Positions 1-15,800 of a stretch of DNA of 64,000 bases are shown piece by piece. This stretch comes from Eledone cirrhosa (taxonomy: Eukaryota): positions 7,006,001 to 7,070,000 of the forward strand of contig OZ024744.1 in assembly GCA_964016885.1 (NCBI GenBank). The letters run 5' to 3'. Numbering within the stretch: position 1 is the first letter of the stretch; each line of letters opens with the position of its first letter. The notes under the pieces were generated by a model that did no database searches, was not told where the DNA came from, and was given only the letters and a program-made list of their open reading frames with translations. A program made the translations under genes and the position numbers.

Positions 1-341
1 GGTGCAGTAACGGTTATGTCTAATGCAGTATTGCACTGATGTAGGTGTGGTGCAGTAACGGGTATGTCTACCGCAGTATTGCACTATTGTAGGTGTGGTG
101 CAGTAACGGTTATGTCTACTGCAATATTGCACTGATATAGGTGTAGTGCAGTAACGGTTATGTATACTGCAGTATTGAACTGAGGTAGGTGTGGTGCAGT
201 AACGGATATTTCTACTGCAGTATTGCACTATTGTAGGTGTAGTGCACTAACGGTTATGTCTACTGCAGTATTGCACTGATTAGGTGTGGTGCAGTAACGG
301 TTATTTCTACTGCAGTATTGCACTGATGTAGGTGTAGTGCA

Positions 342-3300
342 TTAACGCTTATGTCTACTGCAGTATTGCACTGAGGTAGGTGTGGTGCAGTAACGGTTAT
401 GTCTACTGCAGTATTGCACTGATGTAGGTGTGGTGCAGTAACGGTTATGTCTACCGCAGTAATGCACTATTGTAGGTGTGGTGCAGTAACGGTTATGTCT
501 ACTGCAATATTGCAATGATATAGGTGTGGTGCAGTAACGGTTATGTCTATCGCAGTATTGAACTGAGGTAGGTGTGGTGCAGTAACGGTTATTTCTACTG
601 CAGTATTGCACTATTGTAGGTGTAGTGCAGTAACGGTTATGTCTACTGCAGTATTGCACTGATGTAGGTGTGGTGCAGTAACGGTTATGTCTACTGCAGT
701 ATTGCACTGATGTAGGTGTGGTGCAGTAACGGTTATGTCTACTGCAGTATTGCACTGAGGTAAGTGTGGTGCAATAATGGTTATTTCTACTGCAGTATTG
801 CACTGATGTAGTTGTGGTGCAGTAACGGTTATGTCTACTGCAATATTGCACTGAGGTAGGTGTGGTGCAGTAACGGTTATGTCTACTGCAGTATTGCACT
901 GAGGTAGGAGTGGTGCAGTAACGGTTATGTCTACTGCAGTATTGCACTGATGTACGTGTGGTGCAGTAACGGTTATGTCTACTTGCAGTATTGCACTTAT
1001 GTAGGTGTGGTGCAGTAACAGTTATGTCTACCGCAGTATTGCATTGGTGTAGGTGTGGTGCAGTAACGGTTATGTCTACTGCAGTATTGCACTGATGAAG
1101 GTGTGGTGCAGTAACAGTTATGTCTACAGCAGTATTGCACTGATGTAGGTGTGGTGCAGTAACGGTCATGTCTACAGCAGTATTGCACTGATATAGGTTT
1201 GGTGCAGTAACGGTTATTTCTACTGCAGTATTGCACTGAGGTAGGTGTGGTGCAGTAACGGTTATGTCTACTGCAGTATTGCACTGAGCTAGGTGTGGTG
1301 CAGTAACGGTTATATCTACTGCAGTATTGCACTTATGTAGGTGTGGTGCAGTAACGGTTATGCCTAGTGTAGTATTGCACTGATGTAGGTGTGGTGCAGT
1401 AACGGTTATGTCTACTGCAGTATTGCACTGATGTAGGTGTGGTGTAGTAACGGTTATTTCTACTGCAGTATTGCACTGAGATAGGTGTGGTGCAGTAACG
1501 GTTATGTCTACTGCAGTATTGCACTGAGATAAATGTGGTGCAGTAACGGTTATGTCTACTGCAGTATTGCACTGATGTAGGTGTGGTGCTGTAACGGTTA
1601 TGTCTACTGCAGTATTGCACTGAGGTAGGTGTGGTGCAGTAACGGTTATGCCTATTGCATTATTGCACTGAGGTAGGTGTGGTGCAGTAACGGTTATGTC
1701 TACTGCAGTATTGCACTGCTGTAGGTGTGGTGCAGTAACGGTTATGTCTACTGCAGTATTGCCCTGATGTAGGTGTGGTGCAGTAACGGTTATGTCTACT
1801 GCAGTATTGCCCTGATGTAGGTGTGGTGCAGTAACGGTTATTTCTACTGCGGTATTGCACTGAGGTAGGTGTGGTGCAGTAACGGTTATGTCTACTGCAG
1901 TATTGCACTGAGCTAGGTGTGGTGCAGTAACGGTTATGTCTACTGCAGTATTGCACTGATGAAGGTGTGGTGCAGTAACGGTTATGTCTACTGCAGTAAT
2001 GCACTGATGTAGGTGTGGTGCAGTAACGGTCATGTCTACAGCAGTATTGCACTGATGTAGGTGTAATGCAGTAACGGTTATGTCTACTGCAGTATTGCAC
2101 TGATGTGTGGTGCAGTAACGGTTATGTCTACTGCAGTATTGCACTGATGAAGGTGTGGTGCAGTAACGTTTATGTCTATTGCAGTATTGCACTGAGGTAG
2201 GTGTGGTGCAGTAACGGTTATGTCTACTGCAGTATTGCAATGATGAAGGTGTGGTACAGCAACCGTTATGTCTACTGCAGTGTTGCACTGATGTAGGTGT
2301 GGTGGAGTAACAGTTATGTCTACTGCAGTATTGCACAGAGTTAGGTGTGGTGCAGTAGCGGTATGTCTACTGCAGTATTGCACTGATGTAGGTGTGGTGC
2401 ATTAGCGCTCATGTCTACTGCAGTATTGCACTGATGTAGGCGTGGTGCAGTAACAGTTATGTCTACTGCAGTATTGCACTGATGTAGGCGTGGTGCAGTA
2501 ACGGTTATGTCTACTGCAGTATTGCACTGATGTAGGCGTGGTGCAGTAAGGGTTATGTCTACTGCAGTATTGCACTGATTAAGTGTGGTGCAGTAACGGT
2601 TATTTCTACTGCAGTATTGCACTATTGTAGGTGTAGTGCAGTAACGGTTATGTCTACTGCAGTATTGCACTGATGTAGGTGTGGTGCAGTAACGGTTATG
2701 TCTACTGCAATATTGCACTGATGTAGGTGTGGTGCAGTAACGGTTATGTCTATTGCAGTATTGCACTGATGTAGGTGTGGTGCAGTAACGGTTATGTCTT
2801 CTGAAGTATTGCACTGATGTAGGTGTGGTGCTGTAACGGTTATGTCTACTGCAGTATTGCACTGAGGTAGGTGTGGTGCTGTAACGGGTATGTCTACTGC
2901 AGTATTGCACTGAGGTAATTGTGGTGCAGTACCGGTTATGTCTACTGTAGTATTGCACTGATGTAGGTGTGGTGCAGTAACGGTTATGTCTACTGCAGTA
3001 TTGCACTGAGGTAGGTTTGGTGCAGTAACGGTTATGTCTACTGCAGTATTGTACTGATGTAGGTGTGGTGCAGTAACGATTATGTCTACTGCAGTATTGC
3101 ACTGAGGTAGGCGTGGTGCAGTACCGGTTATGTCTACTGCAGTATTGCACTGATGTAGGTGTGGTGCAGTAACGGTTATTTCTACTGCAGTATTGCACTA
3201 AGTTATGTGTGGTGCAGTAACAGTTATGTCTACAGCAGTATTGCATTGAGGTAGGTGAGGTGCAGTAATGGTTATGTCTACAGCAGTATTGCACTGAGGT

Positions 3301-6300
3301 AGGTGTGGTGCAGTAACGGTTATGTATACTCCAGTATTGCACTGATGTAGGTGTGGTGCAGTAACGGGTATGTCTACTGCAGTATTTCACTGATGTAGGT
3401 GTGGTGCAGTAACAGTTATTTCTACTGCAGTATTGCACTGATGTATGTGTGGTGCAGTAACGGTTATGTCTACTGCAGTATTGCACTGATGTACGTGTGG
3501 TGCAGTAACGGTTATGTCTACTGCAGTATTGCACTAAGGAAGGTGTGGTGCAGTAACGGTTATGTCTACTGCAGTATTGCACTGAGGTAGGTGTCGTGCA
3601 GTAACGGTTATGTCTACTGCAGTATTGCACTGAGATAGGTGTGGTGCAGTAACGGTTATGTCTACTGCAGTATTGCACTGATGTAGGTGTGGTGCAGTAA
3701 CGGTTATGTCTCCTGCACTATTGCACTGAGGTAGGTGTGGTGCAGTAACGGTTATGTCTAATGCAGTATTGCACTGAGGTAGGTGTGGTGCAGTAACGGA
3801 TATGTCTACTGCAGTATTGCACTGACGTACGTGTGGTGCAGTAACGGTTATGTCTACTGCAATATTGCACTGATATAGGTGTAGTGCAGTAACGGTTATT
3901 TCTACTGCATTATTGCACTGAGGTAGGTGTGGTGCAGTAAAGGTTATGCCTACTACAATATTGCACTGATGTAGGTGTGGTGCATTAACGCTTATGTCTA
4001 CTGCAGTATTGAACTGATGAAGGTGTGGTCTAGTAAGGGTTATGTCTACTGCAGTATTGCACTGATGTAGGTGTGGTGCAGTAACGGTCATGTCTACAGC
4101 AGTATTGCACTGATGTAGGTGTGGTGCAGTAACGGTTATTTCTACTGCAGTATTGCACTGAGGTAAGTGTGGTGCAGTAACGGTTATGTCTACTTCAGTA
4201 TTGCACTGAGCTAGGTGTGGTGCAGTAACGGTTATGTCTACTGCAGTATTGCACTGATGAAGGTGTGGTGCAGTAAAGGTTATTTCTACTGCTGTATTGC
4301 AATCAGATAGGTGTGGTGCAGTAACATTTATGTCTACTGCAGTATTGCACTGAGGTAGGTGTGGTGCAGTAACGGTTAAGTCTACTGCAGTATTGCACTG
4401 ATGTAGGCGTGGTGCAGTAACGATTATGTCTACTGCAGTATTGCACTGAGGCAGGTGTGGTGCAGTAACGGTTATGTCTACTGCAGTATTGCACTGAGGT
4501 AGGTGTGGTGCAGCAACGGTTATGTCTACTGCAGTATTGCACTGAGGTAGGTGTGGTGCAGTACCGGTTATGTCTACTGCAGTATTGCACTGATGTAGGT
4601 GTGGTGCAGTAACGGTTATTTCTACTGCAGTATTGCACTGATGTAGGTGTAGTGCAGTAACGGTTATGTCTACTTGAAGTATTGCACTGATGTAGGTGTG
4701 GTGCAGTAACAGTTATGTCTACTGCAGTATTGCACTGATGTAGGTGTGGTGGAATAACGGTTATGTCTACTGCAGTATTGCACTGAGTTAGGTGTGGTGC
4801 AGTAGCGGTATGTCTACTGCAGTATTGCACTGATGTAGGTGTGGTGCATTAACGCTTATGTCTACTGCAGTATTGCATTGATGTAGGCGTGGTGCAGTAA
4901 CGGTTATGTCTACTGCAGTATTGCACTGATTAGGTGTGGTGCAGTAACGGTTATTGCTACTGCAGTATTGCACTGATGTAGGTGTGGTGCATTAACGCTT
5001 ATGTCTACTGCAGTATTGCACTGATGAAGGTGTGGTGCAGTAACGTTTATGTCTATTGCAGTATTGCACTGAGGTAGGTGTGGTGCAGTAACGGTTATGT
5101 CTACTGCAGTATTGCACTGATGAAGGTGTGGTACAGTAACCGTTATGTCTACTGCAGTATTGCACTGATGTAGGTGTGGTGGAGTAACAGTTATGTCTAC
5201 TGCAGTATTGCACTGAGTTAGGTGTGGTGCAGTAGCGGTATGTCTACTGCAGTATTGCACTGATGTAGGTGTGGTGCATTAACGCTCATGTCTACTGCAG
5301 TATTGCACGGATGTAGGCGTGGTGCAGTAACAGTTATGTCTACTGCAGTATTGCACTGATGTAGGCGTGGTGCAGTAACAGTTATGTCTACTGCAGTATT
5401 GCACTGAGGTAGGTGTGGTGCAGTAACGGTTATGTCTACTGCAGTATTGAACTGAGGTAGGTGTGGTGCAGTAACGGTTATTTCTACTGCAGTATTGCAC
5501 TATTGTAGGTGTAGTGCAGTAACGGTTATGTCTACTGCAGTATTGCACTGATGTAGGTGTGGTGCAGTAACGGTTCTGTCTACTGCAATATTGCACTGAT
5601 GTAGGTGTGGTGCAGTAACGGTTATGTCTACTGCAGTATTGCACTGATGTAGGTGTGGTGCAGTAACGGTTATGTCTTCTGAAGTATTGCACTGATGTAG
5701 GTGTGGTGCTGTAACGGTTATGTCTACTGCAGTATTGCACTGAGGTAGGTGTGGTGCTGTAACGGGTATGTCTACTGCAGTATTGCACTGAGGTAATTGT
5801 GGTGCAGTACCGGTTATGTCTACTGTAGTATTGCACTGATGTAGGTGTGGTGCAATAACGGTTATGTTTTCTGCAGTATTGCACTGAGGTAGGTTTGGTG
5901 CAGTAACGGTTATGTCTACTGCAGTATTGTACTGATGTAGGTGTGGTGCAGTAACGATTATGTCTACGGCAGTATTGCACTGAGGTAGGCGTGGTGCAGT
6001 ACCGGTTATGTCTACTGCAGTATTGCACTGATGTAGGTGTGGTGCAGTAACGGTTATTTCTACTGCAGTATTGCACTAAGTTATGTGTGGTGCAGTATCG
6101 GTTATGTCTACAGCAGTATTGCATTGAGGTAGGTGAGGTGCAGTAATGGTTATGTCTACAGCAGTATTGCACTGAGGTAGGTGTGGTGCAGTAACGGTTA
6201 TGTATACTCCAGTATTGCACTGATGTAGGTGTGGTGCAGTAACGGGTATGTCTACTGCAGTATTGCACTGATATAGGTGTGGTGCAGTAACAGTTATTTC

Positions 6301-9300
6301 TACTGCAGTATTGCACTGATGTATGTGTGGTGCAGTAACGGTTATGTCTACTGCAGTATTGCACTGATGTACGTGTGGTGCAGTAACGGTTATGTCTACT
6401 GCAGTATTGCAGTAAGGAAGGTGTGGTGCAGTAACGGTTATGTCTACTGCAGTATTGCACTGAGGTAGGTGTCGTGCAGTAACGGTTATGTCTACTGCAG
6501 TATTGCACTGAGGTAGGTGTGGTGCAGTAACGGTTATGTCTACTGCAGTATTGCACTGATGTAGGTGTGGTGCAGTAACGGTTATGTATCCTGCACTATT
6601 GCACTGAGGTAGGTGTGGTGCAGTAACGGTTATGTCTAATGCACTATAGCACGGACGTACGTGTGGTGCAGTAACGGTTATGTCTACTGCAATATTGCAC
6701 TGATATAGGTGTAGTGCAGTAGCGGTTATTTCTACTGCAGTATTGCACTGAGGTAGGTGTGGTGCAGTAACGGTTATGCCTACTACAATATTGCACTGAT
6801 GTAGGTGTGGTGCAGTAACGGGTATGTCTCTGCAGTATTACACTGATGTAAGTGTGGTGCAGTAACGGTTATGTCTACTGCAGTATTGAACTGATGAAGG
6901 TGTGGTCTAGTAAGGGTTATGTCTACTGCAGTATTGCACTGATGTAGGTGTGGTGCAGTAACGGTCATGTCTACAGCAGTATTGCACTGAGGTAAGTGTG
7001 GTGCAGTAACGGTTATGTCTACTGCAGTATTGCACTGAGCTAGGTGTGGTGCAGTAACGGTTATGTCTACTGCAGTATTGCACTGATGAAGGTGTGGTGC
7101 AGTAAAGGTTATTTCTACTGCTGTATTGCACTGAGATAGGTGTGGTGCAGTAACATTTATGTCTACTGCAGTATTGCACTGAGGTAGGTGTGGTGCAGTA
7201 ACGGTTATGTCTACTGCAGTATTGCACTGATGTAGGCGTGGTGCAGTAACGATTATGTCTACTGCAGTATTGCACTGAGGCAGGTGTGGTGCAGTAACGG
7301 TTATGTCTACTGCAGTATTGCACTGAGGTAGGTGTGGTGCAGCAACGGTTATGTCTACTGCAGTATTGCACTGAGGTAGGTGTGGTGCAGTACCGGTTAT
7401 GTCTTCTGCAGTATTGCACTGATGTAGGTGTGGTGCAGTAACGGTTATTTCTACTGCAGTATTGCACTGATGTAGGTGTGGTGCAGTAACGGTTATGTCT
7501 AATTGAAGTATTGCACTGATGTAGGTGTGGTGCAGTAACAGTTATGTCTACTGCAGTATTGCACTGATGTAGGTGTGGTGGAATAACGGTTATGTCTACT
7601 GCAGTATTGCACTGAGTTAGGTGTGGTGCAGTAGCGGTATGTCTACTGCAGTATTGCACTGATGTAGGTGTGGTGCATTATCGCTTATGTCTACTGCAGT
7701 CTTGCATTGATGTAGGTGTGGTGCAGTAACGGTTATGTCTACTGCACTATAGCACTGACGTACGTGTGGTGCAGTAACGGTTATGTCTACTGCAATATTG
7801 CACTGATATAGGTGTAGTGCAGTAACGGTTATTTCTACTGCAGTATTGCACTGAGGTAGGTGTGGTGCAGTAACGGTTATGCCTACTACAATATTGCACT
7901 GATGTAGGTGTGGTGCAGTAACGGGTATGTCTCTGCAGTATTACACTGATGTAAGTGTGGTGCAGTAACGGTTATGTCTACTGCAGTATTGAACTGATGA
8001 AGGTGTGGTCTAGTAAGGGTTATGTCTACTGCAGTATTGCACTGATGTAGGTGTGGTGCAGTAACGGTCATGTCTACAGCAGTATTGCACTGAGGTAAGT
8101 GTGGTGCAGTAACGGTTATGTCTACTGCAGTATTGCACTGAGCTAGGTGTGGTGCAGTAACGGTTATGTCTACTGCAGTATTGCACTGATGAAGGTGTGG
8201 TGCAGTAAAGGTTATTTCTACTGCTGTATTGCACTGAGATAGGTGTGGTGCAGTAACATTTATGTCTACTGCAGTATTGCACTGAGGTAGGTGTGGTGCA
8301 GTAACGGTTATGTCTACTGCAGTATTGCACTGATGTAGGCGTGGTGCAGTAACGATTATGTCTACTGCAGTATTGCACTGAGGCAGGTGTGGTGCAGTAA
8401 CGGTTATGTCTACTGCAGTATTGCACTGAGGTAGGTGTGGTGCAGCAACGGTTATGTCTACTGCAGTATTGCACTGAGGTAGGTGTGGTGCAGTACCGGT
8501 TATGTCTACTGCAGTATTGCACTGATGTAGGTGTGGTGCAGTAACGGTTATTTCTACTGCAGTATTGCACTGATGTAGGTGTGGTGCAGTAACGGTTATG
8601 TCTAATTGAAGTATTGCACTGATGTAGGTGTGGTGCAGTAACAGTTATGTCTACTGCAGTATTGCACTGATGTAGGTGTGGTGGAATAACGGTTATGTCT
8701 ACTGCAGTATTGCACTGAGTTAGGTGTGGTGCAGTAGCGGTATGTCTACTGCAGTATTGCACTGATGTAGGTGTGGTGCATTATCGCTTATGTCTACTGC
8801 AGTCTTGCATTGATGTAGGTGTGGTGCAGTAACGGTTATGTCTACTGCAGTATTGCACTGATATAGGCGTGGTGCAGTAACGGTTATGTCTACTGCAGTA
8901 TTGCACTGATGTAGGCGTGGTGCAGTAACGGTTATGTCTACTGCAGTATTGCACTGATTAGGTGTGGTGCAGTAACGGTTATTGCTACTGCAGTATTGCA
9001 CTGATGTAGGTGTGGCGCATTAACGCTTATGTCTACTGCAGTATTGCACTGAGTTAGGTGTGGTGCAGTAACCGTTATGTCTACTGCAGTATTGCACTGA
9101 TGTAGGTGTGGTGCAGTAACGGGTATGTCTACCGCAGTATTGCACTATTGTAGGTGTGGTGCAGTAACGTTTATGTCTACTGCAATATTGTACTGATATA
9201 GGTGTGGTGCAGTAACGGTTATGTCTACTGCAGTATTGCACTGAGATAGGTGTGGTGCAGTAACCGTTATGTTTACTGCAGTATTGCACTGATGTGGGTG

Positions 9301-9882
9301 TGGTGCAGTAACAGTTATGTCTACTGCAGTATTGCACTGAGGTAGGTGTGGTGCAGTAACGGTTATGTCTACTGCAGTATTGAACTGAGGTAGGTGTGGT
9401 GCAGTAACGGTTATTTCTACTGCAGTATTGCACTATTGTAGGTGTGGTGCAGTAACGGTTATGTCTACTGCAATATTGCACAGATATAGGTGTAGTGCAG
9501 TAACGGTTATGTCTACTGCAGTATTGCACTGATGTAGGTGTGGTGCAGTAACGGTTATGTCTAATGCAGTATTGCACTGATGTCGGTGTGGTGAAGTAAC
9601 GGGTATGTCTACCGCAGTATTGCACTATTGTAGGTGTGGTGCAGTAACGGTTATGTCTACTGCAATATTGCACTGATATAGGTGTAGTGCAGTAACGGTT
9701 ATGTATACTGCAGTATTGAACTGAGGTAGGTGTGGTGCAGTAACGGATATTTCTACTGCAGTATTGCACTATTGTAGGTGTAGTGCACTAACGGTTATGT
9801 CTACTGCAGTATTGCACTGATTAGGTGTGGTGCAGTAACGGTTATTTCTACTGCAGTATTGCACTGATGTAGGTGTAGTGCA
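342..9882. repeat. Higher-order repeat copy 1 (9541 bp = 8438-bp unit plus an internal 1103-bp duplication)
   Basis: Variant-defined ORFs recur at +9541 (342/9883, 2341/11882, 5279/14820, 6907/16448). The unit phase is arbitrary. Confidence 0.92.
6641..8846. repeat. Tandem duplication of 1103 bp (~23 monomers) inside HOR copy 1
   Basis: The rare variant GCACTATAGCAC occurs at 6641 and 7744. ORFs 6783/7886 and 6907/8010 are offset by 1103. Confidence 0.88.
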
Positions 9883-12800
9883 TTAACGCTTATGTCTACT
9901 GCAGTATTGCACTGAGGTAGGTGTGGTGCAGTAACGGTTATGTCTACTGCAGTATTGCACTGATGTAGGTGTGGTGCAGTAACGGTTATGTCTACCGCAG
10001 TAATGCACTATTGTAGGTGTGGTGCAGTAACGGTTATGTCTACTGCAATATTGCAATGATATAGGTGTGGTGCAGTAACGGTTATGTCTATCGCAGTATT
10101 GAACTGAGGTAGGTGTGGTGCAGTAACGGTTATTTCTACTGCAGTATTGCACTATTGTAGGTGTAGTGCAGTAACGGTTATGTCTACTGCAGTATTGCAC
10201 TGATGTAGGTGTGGTGCAGTAACGGTTATGTCTACTGCAGTATTGCACTGATGTAGGTGTGGTGCAGTAACGGTTATGTCTACTGCAGTATTGCACTGAG
10301 GTAAGTGTGGTGCAATAATGGTTATTTCTACTGCAGTATTGCACTGATGTAGTTGTGGTGCAGTAACGGTTATGTCTACTGCAATATTGCACTGAGGTAG
10401 GTGTGGTGCAGTAACGGTTATGTCTACTGCAGTATTGCACTGAGGTAGGAGTGGTGCAGTAACGGTTATGTCTACTGCAGTATTGCACTGATGTACGTGT
10501 GGTGCAGTAACGGTTATGTCTACTTGCAGTATTGCACTTATGTAGGTGTGGTGCAGTAACAGTTATGTCTACCGCAGTATTGCATTGGTGTAGGTGTGGT
10601 GCAGTAACGGTTATGTCTACTGCAGTATTGCACTGATGAAGGTGTGGTGCAGTAACAGTTATGTCTACAGCAGTATTGCACTGATGTAGGTGTGGTGCAG
10701 TAACGGTCATGTCTACAGCAGTATTGCACTGATATAGGTTTGGTGCAGTAACGGTTATTTCTACTGCAGTATTGCACTGAGGTAGGTGTGGTGCAGTAAC
10801 GGTTATGTCTACTGCAGTATTGCACTGAGCTAGGTGTGGTGCAGTAACGGTTATATCTACTGCAGTATTGCACTTATGTAGGTGTGGTGCAGTAACGGTT
10901 ATGCCTAGTGTAGTATTGCACTGATGTAGGTGTGGTGCAGTAACGGTTATGTCTACTGCAGTATTGCACTGATGTAGGTGTGGTGTAGTAACGGTTATTT
11001 CTACTGCAGTATTGCACTGAGATAGGTGTGGTGCAGTAACGGTTATGTCTACTGCAGTATTGCACTGAGATAAATGTGGTGCAGTAACGGTTATGTCTAC
11101 TGCAGTATTGCACTGATGTAGGTGTGGTGCTGTAACGGTTATGTCTACTGCAGTATTGCACTGAGGTAGGTGTGGTGCAGTAACGGTTATGCCTATTGCA
11201 TTATTGCACTGAGGTAGGTGTGGTGCAGTAACGGTTATGTCTACTGCAGTATTGCACTGCTGTAGGTGTGGTGCAGTAACGGTTATGTCTACTGCAGTAT
11301 TGCCCTGATGTAGGTGTGGTGCAGTAACGGTTATGTCTACTGCAGTATTGCCCTGATGTAGGTGTGGTGCAGTAACGGTTATTTCTACTGCGGTATTGCA
11401 CTGAGGTAGGTGTGGTGCAGTAACGGTTATGTCTACTGCAGTATTGCACTGAGCTAGGTGTGGTGCAGTAACGGTTATGTCTACTGCAGTATTGCACTGA
11501 TGAAGGTGTGGTGCAGTAACGGTTATGTCTACTGCAGTAATGCACTGATGTAGGTGTGGTGCAGTAACGGTCATGTCTACAGCAGTATTGCACTGATGTA
11601 GGTGTAATGCAGTAACGGTTATGTCTACTGCAGTATTGCACTGATGTGTGGTGCAGTAACGGTTATGTCTACTGCAGTATTGCACTGATGAAGGTGTGGT
11701 GCAGTAACGTTTATGTCTATTGCAGTATTGCACTGAGGTAGGTGTGGTGCAGTAACGGTTATGTCTACTGCAGTATTGCAATGATGAAGGTGTGGTACAG
11801 CAACCGTTATGTCTACTGCAGTGTTGCACTGATGTAGGTGTGGTGGAGTAACAGTTATGTCTACTGCAGTATTGCACAGAGTTAGGTGTGGTGCAGTAGC
11901 GGTATGTCTACTGCAGTATTGCACTGATGTAGGTGTGGTGCATTAGCGCTCATGTCTACTGCAGTATTGCACTGATGTAGGCGTGGTGCAGTAACAGTTA
12001 TGTCTACTGCAGTATTGCACTGATGTAGGCGTGGTGCAGTAACGGTTATGTCTACTGCAGTATTGCACTGATGTAGGCGTGGTGCAGTAAGGGTTATGTC
12101 TACTGCAGTATTGCACTGATTAAGTGTGGTGCAGTAACGGTTATTTCTACTGCAGTATTGCACTATTGTAGGTGTAGTGCAGTAACGGTTATGTCTACTG
12201 CAGTATTGCACTGATGTAGGTGTGGTGCAGTAACGGTTATGTCTACTGCAATATTGCACTGATGTAGGTGTGGTGCAGTAACGGTTATGTCTATTGCAGT
12301 ATTGCACTGATGTAGGTGTGGTGCAGTAACGGTTATGTCTTCTGAAGTATTGCACTGATGTAGGTGTGGTGCTGTAACGGTTATGTCTACTGCAGTATTG
12401 CACTGAGGTAGGTGTGGTGCTGTAACGGGTATGTCTACTGCAGTATTGCACTGAGGTAATTGTGGTGCAGTACCGGTTATGTCTACTGTAGTATTGCACT
12501 GATGTAGGTGTGGTGCAGTAACGGTTATGTCTACTGCAGTATTGCACTGAGGTAGGTTTGGTGCAGTAACGGTTATGTCTACTGCAGTATTGTACTGATG
12601 TAGGTGTGGTGCAGTAACGATTATGTCTACTGCAGTATTGCACTGAGGTAGGCGTGGTGCAGTACCGGTTATGTCTACTGCAGTATTGCACTGATGTAGG
12701 TGTGGTGCAGTAACGGTTATTTCTACTGCAGTATTGCACTAAGTTATGTGTGGTGCAGTAACAGTTATGTCTACAGCAGTATTGCATTGAGGTAGGTGAG

Positions 12801-15800
12801 GTGCAGTAATGGTTATGTCTACAGCAGTATTGCACTGAGGTAGGTGTGGTGCAGTAACGGTTATGTATACTCCAGTATTGCACTGATGTAGGTGTGGTGC
12901 AGTAACGGGTATGTCTACTGCAGTATTTCACTGATGTAGGTGTGGTGCAGTAACAGTTATTTCTACTGCAGTATTGCACTGATGTATGTGTGGTGCAGTA
13001 ACGGTTATGTCTACTGCAGTATTGCACTGATGTACGTGTGGTGCAGTAACGGTTATGTCTACTGCAGTATTGCACTAAGGAAGGTGTGGTGCAGTAACGG
13101 TTATGTCTACTGCAGTATTGCACTGAGGTAGGTGTCGTGCAGTAACGGTTATGTCTACTGCAGTATTGCACTGAGATAGGTGTGGTGCAGTAACGGTTAT
13201 GTCTACTGCAGTATTGCACTGATGTAGGTGTGGTGCAGTAACGGTTATGTCTCCTGCACTATTGCACTGAGGTAGGTGTGGTGCAGTAACGGTTATGTCT
13301 AATGCAGTATTGCACTGAGGTAGGTGTGGTGCAGTAACGGATATGTCTACTGCAGTATTGCACTGACGTACGTGTGGTGCAGTAACGGTTATGTCTACTG
13401 CAATATTGCACTGATATAGGTGTAGTGCAGTAACGGTTATTTCTACTGCATTATTGCACTGAGGTAGGTGTGGTGCAGTAAAGGTTATGCCTACTACAAT
13501 ATTGCACTGATGTAGGTGTGGTGCATTAACGCTTATGTCTACTGCAGTATTGAACTGATGAAGGTGTGGTCTAGTAAGGGTTATGTCTACTGCAGTATTG
13601 CACTGATGTAGGTGTGGTGCAGTAACGGTCATGTCTACAGCAGTATTGCACTGATGTAGGTGTGGTGCAGTAACGGTTATTTCTACTGCAGTATTGCACT
13701 GAGGTAAGTGTGGTGCAGTAACGGTTATGTCTACTTCAGTATTGCACTGAGCTAGGTGTGGTGCAGTAACGGTTATGTCTACTGCAGTATTGCACTGATG
13801 AAGGTGTGGTGCAGTAAAGGTTATTTCTACTGCTGTATTGCAATCAGATAGGTGTGGTGCAGTAACATTTATGTCTACTGCAGTATTGCACTGAGGTAGG
13901 TGTGGTGCAGTAACGGTTATGTCTACTGCAGTATTGCACTGATGTAGGCGTGGTGCAGTAACGATTATGTCTACTGCAGTATTGCACTGAGGCAGGTGTG
14001 GTGCAGTAACGGTTATGTCTACTGCAGTATTGCACTGAGGTAGGTGTGGTGCAGCAACGGTTATGTCTACTGCAGTATTGCACTGAGGTAGGTGTGGTGC
14101 AGTACCGGTTATGTCTACTGCAGTATTGCACTGATGTAGGTGTGGTGCAGTAACGGTTATTTCTACTGCAGTATTGCACTGATGTAGGTGTAGTGCAGTA
14201 ACGGTTATGTCTACTTGAAGTATTGCACTGATGTAGGTGTGGTGCAGTAACAGTTATGTCTACTGCAGTATTGCACTGATGTAGGTGTGGTGGAATAACG
14301 GTTATGTCTACTGCAGTATTGCACTGAGTTAGGTGTGGTGCAGTAGCGGTATGTCTACTGCAGTATTGCACTGATGTAGGTGTGGTGCATTAACGCTTAT
14401 GTCTACTGCAGTATTGCATTGATGTAGGCGTGGTGCAGTAACGGTTATGTCTACTGCAGTATTGCACTGATTAGGTGTGGTGCAGTAACGGTTATTGCTA
14501 CTGCAGTATTGCACTGATGTAGGTGTGGTGCATTAACGCTTATGTCTACTGCAGTATTGCACTGATGAAGGTGTGGTGCAGTAACGTTTATGTCTATTGC
14601 AGTATTGCACTGAGGTAGGTGTGGTGCAGTAACGGTTATGTCTACTGCAGTATTGCACTGATGAAGGTGTGGTACAGTAACCGTTATGTCTACTGCAGTA
14701 TTGCACTGATGTAGGTGTGGTGGAGTAACAGTTATGTCTACTGCAGTATTGCACTGAGTTAGGTGTGGTGCAGTAGCGGTATGTCTACTGCAGTATTGCA
14801 CTGATGTAGGTGTGGTGCATTAACGCTCATGTCTACTGCAGTATTGCACGGATGTAGGCGTGGTGCAGTAACAGTTATGTCTACTGCAGTATTGCACTGA
14901 TGTAGGCGTGGTGCAGTAACAGTTATGTCTACTGCAGTATTGCACTGAGGTAGGTGTGGTGCAGTAACGGTTATGTCTACTGCAGTATTGAACTGAGGTA
15001 GGTGTGGTGCAGTAACGGTTATTTCTACTGCAGTATTGCACTATTGTAGGTGTAGTGCAGTAACGGTTATGTCTACTGCAGTATTGCACTGATGTAGGTG
15101 TGGTGCAGTAACGGTTCTGTCTACTGCAATATTGCACTGATGTAGGTGTGGTGCAGTAACGGTTATGTCTACTGCAGTATTGCACTGATGTAGGTGTGGT
15201 GCAGTAACGGTTATGTCTTCTGAAGTATTGCACTGATGTAGGTGTGGTGCTGTAACGGTTATGTCTACTGCAGTATTGCACTGAGGTAGGTGTGGTGCTG
15301 TAACGGGTATGTCTACTGCAATATTGCACTGAGGTAATTGTGGTGCAGTACCGGTTATGTCTACTGTAGTATTGCACTGATGTAGGTGTGGTGCAATAAC
15401 GGTTATGTTTTCTGCAGTATTGCACTGAGGTAGGTTTGGTGCAGTAACGGTTATGTCTACTGCAGTATTGTACTGATGTAGGTGTGGTGCAGTAACGATT
15501 ATGTCTACGGCAGTATTGCACTGAGGTAGGCGTGGTGCAGTACCGGTTATGTCTACTGCAGTATTGCACTGATGTAGGTGTGGTGCAGTAACGGTTATTT
15601 CTACTGCAGTATTGCACTAAGTTATGTGTGGTGCAGTATCGGTTATGTCTACAGCAGTATTGCATTGAGGTAGGTGAGGTGCAGTAATGGTTATGTCTAC
15701 AGCAGTATTGCACTGAGGTAGGTGTGGTGCAGTAACGGTTATGTATACTCCAGTATTGCACTGATGTAGGTGTGGTGCAGTAACGGGTATGTCTACTGCA